This document shows, piece after piece, positions 22,068-31,069 of a stretch of 64,000 nucleotides of DNA. How positions within the stretch are numbered: the stretch's first letter is position 1; each line of letters starts with the position of its first letter. The notes below the pieces were generated by a model, which was given only the letters and a program-made list of their open reading frames with translations, did no database searches and had not been told where the DNA came from. This DNA comes from Candidatus Hydrogenedentota bacterium (lineage in GTDB: Bacteria; Hydrogenedentota; Hydrogenedentia; Hydrogenedentales; CAILVY01), in the NCBI GenBank assembly GCA_029565395.1, contig JAKQOG010000290.1, forward strand, positions 24,035 through 88,034. The letters run 5' to 3'. The translations under genes and the position numbers were made by a program.

Positions 22068-23369
22068 GTGAAAAAAACAATACTTATTGTCCTGATGATG
22101 AGTATAGGCATGCTGGCCTATGGACAGGCAACTATACGCATTGGTTCCCAAGCGGGCGTGGACAAGCGCATCCGCGTGGCGGCGCCGCCCTTTGCCTCCG
22201 CAGACCCCTCGCTATCCCCCGTGGCGCGGGAAATGGCGGAAGTCATTGGCTTTGATCTCGAATTCTCAGGATTGTTTTATGTGATCGCCCCTGCGGAGTA
22301 TCCGCCCAACTTCACGGCGTTGGATCCGGATGTCGCCAAACTCGACATGGAGGTATGGCGCATGGCGCGCGTGGATCAGTTGGTGTATGGAATGGTCCGC
22401 ACGGAGGGCAATGAGATTGTGGGGCAGTTCCGCCTGTTCGATTTGTTTTCCAAACAACAGATTGTGGGGTTGGAATTGCGGGTAGCCAAGGAATCGCCCC
22501 GGCTGGCCGCGCATAAATTTTCCGAGGAAGTGATCCGATATGCGGACGGCATCCCCGGAACGGGCACGAGCGAAGTCTGCTTCAGCGGCGGCGTCATCGG
22601 AAAGAAGGAAATCTATATCGCCGACTACGACGGCGCGAACGCCAAACAACTCACCAAGCACGGCTCCATCAGCATCAAACCCCGAATCTCTCCGGATGGC
22701 AATAAAATCGCCTATCTTTCCTATAAGGATCGCTTCCCGTTTTTGTATGTGTATGATCGCCGCACCGGCAAATCAACCCCTATCTCCGAAGAACCCGGCA
22801 TCAACGCCACCCCGTCCTGGTCGCCGGACGGCACCAAGCTGGCCATGGTCCTCAGCAAAGACGGAAATATGGAAATTTATCTGCGCGATGCGGATGGCCG
22901 GCGCCCCGTCCGGCTCACCAAGAACCGGTACATGGATACGTCCCCCTATTTCTCCCCCGATGGTAGTCAATTGGCCTTCGTGAGCGATCAGGGCGGTTCA
23001 CCGCAAATCTATGTGATGCCGATCACCGGCGGTGGCGGCACGCGCCTCTCCATGCAGGGGGGCAACTCCTACGATCCTTCATGGTCGCCCGATGGAAAGA
23101 AAATCGCTTACGTGGTGGAAAAACGCGGCGCGGGATTCCAAATCTGGATGATGGACGCCAACGGAAGCAATCCCATCCAATTAACCAATGCTGGTGGCAT
23201 CAATGAATCCCCCTCATGGTCGCCTGATTCACGCCATGTCATTTACGCCACCAACCGCAACGGCGGTTCGGAACTGTGGGGCATTAACATCAAGACCGGC
23301 CAGGAATTCAAACTCAGCAAGGGCAACCTGCGCACTGAAGGCCCCTCCTGGGGTCCCCGCCGGCAGTAA
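22068..23369 (+). CDS. tolB: Tol-Pal system beta-propeller protein TolB
   Basis: Signal peptide; TolB N-terminal domain; repeated P(S/Y)(W/F)SPDG blades (ISPDGNKIAYLSY, PSWSPDGTKLAMV, PYFSPDGSQLAFV, PSWSPDGKKIAYV, PSWSPDSRHVIYA). Confidence 0.85.
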   Translation: MKKTILIVLMMSIGMLAYGQATIRIGSQAGVDKRIRVAAPPFASADPSLSPVAREMAEVIGFDLEFSGLFYVIAPAEYPPNFTALDPDVAKLDMEVWRMARVDQLVYGMVRTEGNEIVGQFRLFDLFSKQQIVGLELRVAKESPRLAAHKFSEEVIRYADGIPGTGTSEVCFSGGVIGKKEIYIADYDGANAKQLTKHGSISIKPRISPDGNKIAYLSYKDRFPFLYVYDRRTGKSTPISEEPGINATPSWSPDGTKLAMVLSKDGNMEIYLRDADGRRPVRLTKNRYMDTSPYFSPDGSQLAFVSDQGGSPQIYVMPITGGGGTRLSMQGGNSYDPSWSPDGKKIAYVVEKRGAGFQIWMMDANGSNPIQLTNAGGINESPSWSPDSRHVIYATNRNGGSELWGINIKTGQEFKLSKGNLRTEGPSWGPRRQ

Positions 23370-23426
23370 AGATCGCATAATGATAACGCCAACGCAATGA
23401 ATTTTCTCTTCCCTGCGGGGGCGTTC

Positions 23427-25484
23427 TTATTGCCCTTGATTTCCGGGCAGTTTGGCCGACAATAGCTTGATAAACACCCCGCCGATCACGGGCCGGGCCT
23501 GAAATCCAACCATTTTCCCCGTCTCCGTATCATACCAGTCGGTTAACGGAACACGGCTCGGCGTTTGATTCATCCAGGTGAACACCGGTGTGAAGAGGGT
23601 CAGGAAATCCTCCTGAGAATCCGCCAGGGTGGCCGTCCACACCAACCAATCTGTTTTCGTGTATTTGTTCCGGTTGTCCAACGGCAACCCATACACATTC
23701 TGCATCTTTTTGTAATAAGCAATTTCCTTTTGCGCCACTTCCTTTGGGAACTGATTCAATCCCAAAAGCCTGTCCCACACCAGATTGTATTTCTGGCTCC
23801 AGGTGCCCGGTTTGTCAAACGCAAGGCGGAAATGATCACCATCATCCGCCATAGGAACCCACTTGCCCGCAAATTCCCCTGACATCGCTTTATACTGCGC
23901 GGCTTCGTCAGTCTTTCCCGCCATTTCACACAGCAAAGCATATGCCCCCAACCCTGCAATAGCCTTGGCGGAGAGATTCACGTTATGCGCAAGATGGCCG
24001 GTGAAATCGTCCGTACACAGTTGGTTTTCCGGATCAAGACCTTTCTGTTTGAGATATTCGGCCCAACGCGTGAGCAGCGGCCAATATTTCTGCGCGTATT
24101 CCGGGTTGCCTTCCAGTTTGGCGATGGCCGCCACGAGAATCAGCAGATTGCCCGATTCCTCCACCTGCATCTGGTTTTCTTCCGTCTTTTCACCGCCGCC
24201 ATATACCTGCCCGTTCGCCTTGGGATACGTCCCCAAGTCATGTGGGGCGAAAGCGAATGTCCAACGGGGTGAAGCGGCGTATTCCATCACTGGCGTCAGT
24301 GTGGCGCGCGCCAGCACGGTATTGTAATAAAGGAAAATCGGAGCTTGAGGATAGATCACATCCACCGTGCCAATGCAGCCGTTGCTGAAGCATTCCTTGG
24401 GAAAAAGGAAGGGCTGACCACCCGGTCCCGCGGCCAATTTGTTCCCCGCCATGGCTTGACGATAGGCCAGCGCGCAGAGCTGCGCATAGTGCCCGCCGCC
24501 GATGTCTGTGGCATCCGTCATCAGTTGTTGATCAAATGCAGCGCATCGCTCCATCAGCGGGCCATATTCCGCCTCGGCCAGTTCAAGCATGCGTTCCGGA
24601 GTCATGTCCGCATTGCGCCGCCACCAGGCCCGCAGCGGCTTTTGCATATATTCAATGCTGTACACGTCATCGTAGGCCATGGTAAGACGCCGCTGCACCG
24701 CTTGATCCGTAACCTGGCCCAGATCAAAGCTGACGGCCAGCGCCGGCCAGCGATCTTCCGCCGCGCGCGGCATATCAGAATCATCTTTCGGCGGAAGGCC
24801 TTGATTTGCATTAAACGCACTGCGCAGATCATCCGCCGCGCCCATAACGGTGGAGGCGGGCTGCTCCTTGCTTACGGCTATCATCAAATACCCCCAATCA
24901 ATACGGACATTGTCTCCTTTGCGATCGAGTGTCTTCTGATCCACCGTGCCTATCCGCATCACGTCAAGCCCCGGCGCCGGCATACGCGACCATGTCACGG
25001 CTTGTTTTGGATCATTCACGCACCACTCCGCCGTTGCGTCAAAATAGATCTGCGCGGCATGCGGTTTGCCGTCATTGGACTTCGCGGAAAACGTGATATA
25101 CGATGCCGGACGCGAGAACACGTCGAGATCATCCGGCAATAACGGCGAAGTAAAGGTCACCATGAGATCCATCGGCCCACAGGTGAAGGTATACACGGTT
25201 TGGGTTGCACTCACCACAAGGCTCTTTTGCACCACGGCGTTGGATTGGGCAGGCGCCGCGCCCATAAACCGCATCGGCACGCCATCCACCCGGATCAAAC
25301 CGCACATCGCATGGACGCGCCCGGTCCAGTGTTTCGGCCAATCATCATACAGCCGGTCATTCATCGACCAGCAGCTCATATACGGATCATGCGTAATCAG
25401 CGGAACCGCCGGAGGCCGGATCTCCGCCCCCAGCGCGGATAGGGTAATTCCCGCCAGAAACATTCCACTCAATACTAATCGCAT
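23427..25484 (-). CDS. Secreted glutaminase-A-like protein (DUF4965/DUF5127/DUF1793 architecture; putative glycoside hydrolase)
   Basis: Start chosen at ATG 25484, preceded by RBS AAAGGAGAAGG and followed by signal peptide MRLVLSGMFLAGITLSALGA (longest ORF from 25535). Family-typical blocks include ESGNLLILVAAIAKLEGN, YGLPLDNR, TKTDWLVW. Confidence 0.6.
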   Translation of the reverse strand: MRLVLSGMFLAGITLSALGAEIRPPAVPLITHDPYMSCWSMNDRLYDDWPKHWTGRVHAMCGLIRVDGVPMRFMGAAPAQSNAVVQKSLVVSATQTVYTFTCGPMDLMVTFTSPLLPDDLDVFSRPASYITFSAKSNDGKPHAAQIYFDATAEWCVNDPKQAVTWSRMPAPGLDVMRIGTVDQKTLDRKGDNVRIDWGYLMIAVSKEQPASTVMGAADDLRSAFNANQGLPPKDDSDMPRAAEDRWPALAVSFDLGQVTDQAVQRRLTMAYDDVYSIEYMQKPLRAWWRRNADMTPERMLELAEAEYGPLMERCAAFDQQLMTDATDIGGGHYAQLCALAYRQAMAGNKLAAGPGGQPFLFPKECFSNGCIGTVDVIYPQAPIFLYYNTVLARATLTPVMEYAASPRWTFAFAPHDLGTYPKANGQVYGGGEKTEENQMQVEESGNLLILVAAIAKLEGNPEYAQKYWPLLTRWAEYLKQKGLDPENQLCTDDFTGHLAHNVNLSAKAIAGLGAYALLCEMAGKTDEAAQYKAMSGEFAGKWVPMADDGDHFRLAFDKPGTWSQKYNLVWDRLLGLNQFPKEVAQKEIAYYKKMQNVYGLPLDNRNKYTKTDWLVWTATLADSQEDFLTLFTPVFTWMNQTPSRVPLTDWYDTETGKMVGFQARPVIGGVFIKLLSAKLPGNQGQ

Positions 25485-25613
25485 GATGGCCTTCTCCTTT
25501 CCATGCCGGTGCGTCAAGCGCCAAGGCTTGCGCAATACTCAATATCTCAGTACAGGGAAAAACCATCATACCACAAAGAAAAGCAGGCCCGGAATGATGC
25601 CGTGCGGAGCACA

Positions 25614-27317
25614 CTATCGGATTACATTAATCAGGGTTTCAATCATGCTGTCAGCCACGGTTATAATGCGCGCGGAAGCTTCAAAGGCCCGTTGAAACTG
25701 CACCAGCGACGTCACTTCTTCATCAATATTTACGCCGGATACTTCCTGACGGCGGTTGTTATAATCTTGCACAAATGCCTCTTCCACGTCGAGTATGGCC
25801 AAATTGCCCTTTGAGGCCACCCCAATTTCCACTATGGTGGATTCATAATACTGGTTGGGCGTTTGCGTATCATTTTCAAACAGGTTCGCCGCACGAAGTT
25901 CCGCCATCAACAAAGCGGCGGAATTATCCCCCGTTTCAAGGAGATCCAGGCTGAAACCGGAGCCCAGCAGTTCAGGATGATCCGCCAAATATTCATTCAC
26001 CGAGATGGTGGCCGCGCTATGCCCGGTAAAGAAGCCATTTATCCCCAGAGCGGTCAACGCACCGGAGGTGTCATTGGAAAATACAAATGAATATCCTGAT
26101 TCCGGAGTAATAGTCAGCAGTCCATCCGCCCCCACAAGCGCGGACATATGCGATGAACTGTTGATCGCACTTTCAATGTCAGCCGCGGTTGTCGTCGCGT
26201 CTATGGTCACCGTGATGGTCTCCGCAACCGCACCGGTGCTGTCATAAACAACCAGATCAAAACTGCCGTCCTGAACGGTAAAAGGAAGCTGTGCCATATT
26301 CAGGGGGGCATAGGGACTGATCACCGCGTTGGTGGAGGTCACCGCCTCGGAGTAATTTTCAAGACCATTGCTTTGACAATGTATATTGTTGATGCTTTCA
26401 ATTAACGTATGCGCAATTACATCCATCCGCTCCATGACCGAGGGCAATTCCTCGTCACGGATTTTCAACACCCCAAATAACTCGCCATCGGTAATCAAGG
26501 CCGCTTGATTGTTATCGGCAAACCGGACCTGCAACAGGTCGGGCCGATCCGGGTCAAGGCTGGAATCCACCACCGCGGTAAGCTCCCGGCGGTTGGTCCC
26601 ATACACCAGCTCCGCGCCGCCCAACAGCACATCTATCGTCCCGTCAGTGCGTTCGCGCGAGGTAACCTTCACTATTTTTGAAAGTTCATCAATAAGCAAA
26701 TCGCGTTCATCGCGCAAATCATTCGCGGGACGTCCGCCCAACTCCGAATTACGGATGGTAAGATTCAGCGCCGCTATGCGTTCTGTAAGGGAATTAATCT
26801 CCTCCACTGTGTTCCGGACTTCCTCATTCGCATTCGTGCGCAACGCGTTCAGCCGATCCGCCATGTCATTAAAACTTGCGGCCAGCGATACCGCTTCCGC
26901 CAAGGTGGCCACACGACCCGATATTTCCTCCACGTTATTGGAAAAATCATTCAAAGAATCAAAAAACGATTCCATTCGGGAAGAAAATCCGGTATCCGAA
27001 GGCTCCTGAAAAATGTCTTCTATTTGAGAAAAGTACCCTGACTGAATCTCTGCGCTGCCCAAACCCGGCACCTGATTCCGGTACATTGTGTCCACAAATA
27101 CGTCTCGGAGACGGGTTATGGAATCGATGGCCGGACCTCTGCCTATCGCCCCATAGGGTTTATAATTGGGCATACGGGTGGTGAGTTCCACCCGTTGACG
27201 GGAATACCCTGCCCGGTTTACATTCGCAATATTGTGGCCCGTCGTGTCTAATTGAACTTGGGCAGCCAACATGCCTGCCCGCCCAATATCCAGCGCACTA
27301 AACAATGTACCCAAAAC
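25614..27317 (-). CDS. flgK: Flagellar hook-associated protein 1, FlgK (start is ambiguous: GTG 27317 or TTG 27314 preferred over ATG 27362)
   Basis: N-terminal flagellar rod/hook domain (SALDIGRAGMLAAQVQLDTTGHNIANVNRAGYSRQRVEL), FlgK central region and C-terminal helix; AAGGAAGAG RBS precedes the GTG/TTG, and the sigma-28 promoter leaves a ~60-nt leader to that start. Confidence 0.8.
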   Translation of the reverse strand, partial: VLGTLFSALDIGRAGMLAAQVQLDTTGHNIANVNRAGYSRQRVELTTRMPNYKPYGAIGRGPAIDSITRLRDVFVDTMYRNQVPGLGSAEIQSGYFSQIEDIFQEPSDTGFSSRMESFFDSLNDFSNNVEEISGRVATLAEAVSLAASFNDMADRLNALRTNANEEVRNTVEEINSLTERIAALNLTIRNSELGGRPANDLRDERDLLIDELSKIVKVTSRERTDGTIDVLLGGAELVYGTNRRELTAVVDSSLDPDRPDLLQVRFADNNQAALITDGELFGVLKIRDEELPSVMERMDVIAHTLIESINNIHCQSNGLENYSEAVTSTNAVISPYAPLNMAQLPFTVQDGSFDLVVYDSTGAVAETITVTIDATTTAADIESAINSSSHMSALVGADGLLTITPESGYSFVFSNDTSGALTALGINGFFTGHSAATISVNEYLADHPELLGSGFSLDLLETGDNSAALLMAELRAANLFENDTQTPNQYYESTIVEIGVASKGNLAILDVEEAFVQDYNNRRQEVSGVNIDEEVTSLVQFQRAFEASARIITVADSMIETLINVIR

Positions 27318-27387
27318 GCTCTTCCTTCTTGTTGATGCTCCTTTGCGTGCACTCAACCACATCTACCGTGAGCAAGGACCATTCCAT

Positions 27388-27416
27388 ATATCGGCAATTC
27401 CCCTAAGATCCTTTAA
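27388..27416 (-). promoter_or_regulatory. Sigma-28 (FliA)-type class III flagellar promoter upstream of flgK
   Basis: On the minus strand: TTAAAG - 15 nt - GCCGATAT, matching the sigma-28 consensus TAAAG-N14/15-GCCGATAA. Confidence 0.6.
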
Positions 27417-27586
27417 ATACATGAGTTATAGAGATTCAACCGCCACCCGGCAATCATAGAATGAATGAAAAGCTTGCCGGGATACCGGAAAAATGTGCTC
27501 CTGCCGATACTTCCTGATACAGCGATGCAAAGGACGGACTGCTTCCCCCGGAAAACAGCGAACCCCTCTTTTAAGGCCTCAAACCT

Positions 27587-28483
27587 TCAGCGGTTGGATA
27601 GGGGAAAATGCCCAAAAAACTCTTCCAGGGAGGATTTAAAAGCGCCATAGAACGGCAGCGTGAAATGGGTTGCACCCGCTATCTCAATTAACTCCATGGC
27701 TGGCGCCTCGGCGTGCAACTCCCTGGCCAGCGGCAGGAACCCGTCACGGGTTCCGATCAGGCAAATGGCGGGAACCTGAATTTTCTTCAACGCCTCTCTG
27801 GAAACCCCCAATTCCCTATACTTGCTCTTCAACGCCTTTTTTGCATTTTTATCTATAAGTTGATCCCCAATCCAATTGCGCACCCGGTGAAACACCGATT
27901 TGGAGCCAGACGCCATCCCCAGCAACATGGACGCCTGTTGGGGCGGAGCCACTTCCGGAGATGGAGCCTTGTAGGGATTAGGGATGGGCGAAGGATCCTC
28001 CGGATTTTTCCAGCCCGCCGCGCAAATGGCCGCGCTCTGCACGCGGTCCGGATGGAGGGTGAGCAGCTTTAATACAAGGAATCCACCCAGCGAATACCCC
28101 GCCACATGCGCCTTCTGAAAGCCCAAATGGTCCATCAGCCGCACGATGTCTTCGGCCATTTGGACGCCATACTGCTCTGGAGCGGCGGGCCGACCGCTTA
28201 GACCGTGGCCCCGCAAATCAAACGTGACCACCCGGTAATGCCTGGCCAAGCGGCGGACCACTCCCGGCCTCCGCCAGTTCAAATCCGCCGTCGCCGCCAC
28301 CCCGTGCACCAGAATCACCGGCTCCCCCTGCCCTTCCACCGTGTAATACAAGCGTACGCCGTTTGCATCGAAATACTCTCCGGGCGTCCGATGTATCAAT
28401 AGGTAACAAAAGCCGCCGGCAACGATAAAACAAGCCACCAGTGCCAAACTGCATCCCAACACCCATTTCTTTTTCATGGACAC
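27587..28483 (-). CDS. Alpha/beta-fold hydrolase (membrane-anchored or secreted)
   Basis: N-terminal hydrophobic segment, oxyanion-hole block VILVHGVAAT, nucleophile elbow GYSLGG, and a C-terminal His region. Confidence 0.7.
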   Translation of the reverse strand: MSMKKKWVLGCSLALVACFIVAGGFCYLLIHRTPGEYFDANGVRLYYTVEGQGEPVILVHGVAATADLNWRRPGVVRRLARHYRVVTFDLRGHGLSGRPAAPEQYGVQMAEDIVRLMDHLGFQKAHVAGYSLGGFLVLKLLTLHPDRVQSAAICAAGWKNPEDPSPIPNPYKAPSPEVAPPQQASMLLGMASGSKSVFHRVRNWIGDQLIDKNAKKALKSKYRELGVSREALKKIQVPAICLIGTRDGFLPLARELHAEAPAMELIEIAGATHFTLPFYGAFKSSLEEFFGHFPLSNR

Positions 28484-28609
28484 CCCGCATACGTTGCTTC
28501 TAAAAAAGGTGTCTTACTCTAAAATGTTCCACTATCCCGCGTCAACCGGCAGTTTTTAAACCACAAGTGCGTACTTTTAAGGAACAGTTGTATTTGTTAC
28601 AATAAGCGC

Positions 28610-29227
28610 ATGATGAACTTACCCAATAAACTGACTTTGGCCCGTTGCGTTATGGCCCTCATCTTTGTGGGCATTATGTCGTTTAAAAATCCATTCGGGT
28701 ACTCCGCGGCCTACATCCTGTTTATTGCCGCGACCTTAACTGATTATTATGATGGAAAAATCGCTCGCGAACGAAACCTGATCACCAATTTTGGAAAACT
28801 GTTTGATCCCGTCGCGGATAAAGTGCTGATGTCCGCCGCATTCATCATGTTAATGACCATCCCCGACCTCCATATCCCTGGGTGGACCATCGTAGCCATT
28901 CTGGCCCGCGAATTCCTGGTGACCGGCGCGCGCACCCTTGCCGCCGCGGAAGGCGTCATCATCGGGGCGGACCGGTGGGGCAAGTCAAAAACCGTCTTCC
29001 AGATGATTTATGTGTTCACCTTCCTGTTTCTGGCCATCGTGATCGAATTGGCGGATACCTACAACGCGCTGGGCAACCTGTTTCCCGGCGGCCTGGAACT
29101 CCACCGATGGATCATCGGCTGGGCCTCCCAGCTTGCCATCGTACTCGTAGCCGGGTTCACCGTGTTTTCCGGAGCGCAATTCGCAAAAACCAACTGGAAA
29201 ACACTCCATTTGGACAGCGCGCTATGA
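28610..29227 (+). CDS. pgsA: CDP-diacylglycerol--glycerol-3-phosphate 3-phosphatidyltransferase (CDP-alcohol phosphatidyltransferase family)
   Basis: CDP-OH_P_transf motif DYYDGKIAR...G...D(P)VADK; PNKLTLAR N-terminus; 205 aa, 4-6 TM helices. Confidence 0.8.
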   Translation: MMNLPNKLTLARCVMALIFVGIMSFKNPFGYSAAYILFIAATLTDYYDGKIARERNLITNFGKLFDPVADKVLMSAAFIMLMTIPDLHIPGWTIVAILAREFLVTGARTLAAAEGVIIGADRWGKSKTVFQMIYVFTFLFLAIVIELADTYNALGNLFPGGLELHRWIIGWASQLAIVLVAGFTVFSGAQFAKTNWKTLHLDSAL

Positions 29228-30345
29228 ACTCTGCCGCACCCTCCAAGGCCATTATCGACCTGAACGCTTACACCCACAATCTGGCCGTGGTGCGCCGATT
29301 TATCGGTCATGACGCCGCCATCGCCGCCGTGCTCAAAGCCAACGCATATGGACATGGACTAGTGCCCCTGGCGAAAAAAGCGGTTGATGCCGGCGTGCGC
29401 ATGCTGGCTGTCGCCATTGTGAACGAGGGCATCCAGTTGCGCCAGGCCGGCATTCAAACCCCCATCCTCATCATGGTGCAACCCGATGACGATACCTTGG
29501 AGGAGGTGCTCGAATATCACCTGACCCCCATGATTTCCACCACTAAAACGGCGGAACGCCTCGGAGAACTCGCCCATCGCGCAAACCGCATGGCATCCAT
29601 CCATTGCAAGGTGGATTCCGGCATGGGACGGCAGGGTTTTTCTCTCAGTACCGCCCCCTCCGACCTCCAATACCTTTCTCGCATTTCCCATATCGATATC
29701 GAAGGCATTGCCACCCATTTTCCCATAGCGGATCAGTTGGATGACACGTTCACCTACAACCAAATCAAAACCTTTAAACAACTGCTCAAACAATTGGATA
29801 AACGGGGCATCCCGTACGAAATCGCACACGCCGCCAACAGCGCCGCCATTGTGAACTATCAGGGAAGCATTTTTAACATGGTCCGCCCCGGACTCATGAC
29901 GTACGGGGTTTGGCCCGCTAAAAATCCTCCTCCTCAAAATTTGCTGAAGCCTGTGTTGCGGTGGGAGACGCGCGTGCTCCAAATCCGTAATTTGGAACCC
30001 GGCGCCAGCGTGGGATATGGCAGAACGTATAAAACCGACTCCCCCATTCGCGCAGCCGTGTTGCCGGTGGGATATGCCGACGGCTATAAATACAACCTTT
30101 CCAACAACGCCGATGTGTTGATTCGGGGCAAGCGTTGTCCCGTGCGCGGCAGCGTTTGCATGGATCAGATTGTCGTGGATGTCAGTCACCTGGAGGATGT
30201 ACAAACAGGCGACCTGGCCACCCTGATTGGCACTGATGGCGCGGAGTCCATCCCCGTGGAAGAACTCGCCGAGCGCGCAAAAACCATCCCCTATGACATC
30301 CTGACGGGCATCGGCCAGCGCGTGCCCAGAGAATATATCGAATAA
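29224..30345 (+). CDS. alr: Alanine racemase
   Basis: PLP-lysine motif AVLKANAYGHG; 373 aa; ATG 29224 overlaps the pgsA stop (ATGA). The listed ORF 28882..30345 is an out-of-frame upstream extension across pgsA. Confidence 0.85.
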   Translation: MNSAAPSKAIIDLNAYTHNLAVVRRFIGHDAAIAAVLKANAYGHGLVPLAKKAVDAGVRMLAVAIVNEGIQLRQAGIQTPILIMVQPDDDTLEEVLEYHLTPMISTTKTAERLGELAHRANRMASIHCKVDSGMGRQGFSLSTAPSDLQYLSRISHIDIEGIATHFPIADQLDDTFTYNQIKTFKQLLKQLDKRGIPYEIAHAANSAAIVNYQGSIFNMVRPGLMTYGVWPAKNPPPQNLLKPVLRWETRVLQIRNLEPGASVGYGRTYKTDSPIRAAVLPVGYADGYKYNLSNNADVLIRGKRCPVRGSVCMDQIVVDVSHLEDVQTGDLATLIGTDGAESIPVEELAERAKTIPYDILTGIGQRVPREYIE

Positions 30346-30380
30346 CCTTTTTCCCCGCACAAAAAATAAAGTAGACCCTT

Positions 30381-30908
30381 ATGCCAAATCTTTATTACAT
30401 AGACGGCTACAACGTGCTCCACTCCTCCTCTTTGCTTCGGCCTTTGGCCATCAAAGACTTCGAAGCCGCCCGCGACGCCCTCGTCGACAAAGTCGCTGCT
30501 TTTTGCGTGGCCACCGGAAAGCAGGCGGTCATCGTCTTCGACGGGCGCGGAAAACATCAGCCGGAACGCGCCCCCACGGCGCCTCATGTGAAGGGGCTGG
30601 AAATTCTCTATTCCCCTCACCACTTGTCCGCGGATGCCGTCATTGAACGGATGATCTATAAGACGCATAATCGCCTCGATACCGTCGTGGTGAGCAGCGA
30701 TCAGGGCATGCGCGACCTCTGCCGGAACATGGGAGCCCTTACCATGGCCGCAGACAACTTCCTGCAGGAAGTGCGTGAAACCCGGAATGACACCGCGCGC
30801 ACTCTCTCGTCCCTGGATAAAAAGGCCGATCCGCCACGCATTGAAGATCGGCTGGATGATTCCACCATGGCGCGGCTGAGCGCACTTAAAGAAAAACTCT
30901 CCAAGTGA
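30381..30908 (+). CDS. YacP-like NYN-domain protein (predicted RNase, Rae1 family)
   Basis: IDGYNVL, VIVFDGRG and SADAVIERM blocks, and the SSDQGMRD block, align with YacP/Rae1 NYN-domain motifs; 175 aa. Confidence 0.7.
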   Translation: MPNLYYIDGYNVLHSSSLLRPLAIKDFEAARDALVDKVAAFCVATGKQAVIVFDGRGKHQPERAPTAPHVKGLEILYSPHHLSADAVIERMIYKTHNRLDTVVVSSDQGMRDLCRNMGALTMAADNFLQEVRETRNDTARTLSSLDKKADPPRIEDRLDDSTMARLSALKEKLSK

Positions 30909-31069
30909 ATTTGATAAAGAAGCGATTAGTGCGCTTACCGATCGGTAGAAGATTGGTTTCAGCCTCAAAAATATGCTATACTTCCCCTGTTTTCCCGCCT
31001 ATTTCGCATGTTCGGGTGGGTTGCCTTTAACATTTCCTCCAACTGATGGTCATGAAAGGTATGTGAACC

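Noticed and set aside
27318-27362. ATG 27362 as the flgK start
   Set aside because: It would add 15 residues (MWLSARKGASTRRKS) that do not align to FlgK N-termini, and it places the ATG only ~18 nt from the predicted sigma-28 TSS with no RBS. GTG/TTG at 27317/27314 has an AAGGAAGAG RBS. The call remains uncertain.
28882-30345. Long ORF giving alanine racemase a 114-aa N-terminal extension
   Set aside because: The extension is the +1 frame across pgsA and has skewed composition (RRHHRGGP...). The racemase homology, including the KANAYGHG PLP site, starts at ATG 29224, which overlaps the pgsA stop.
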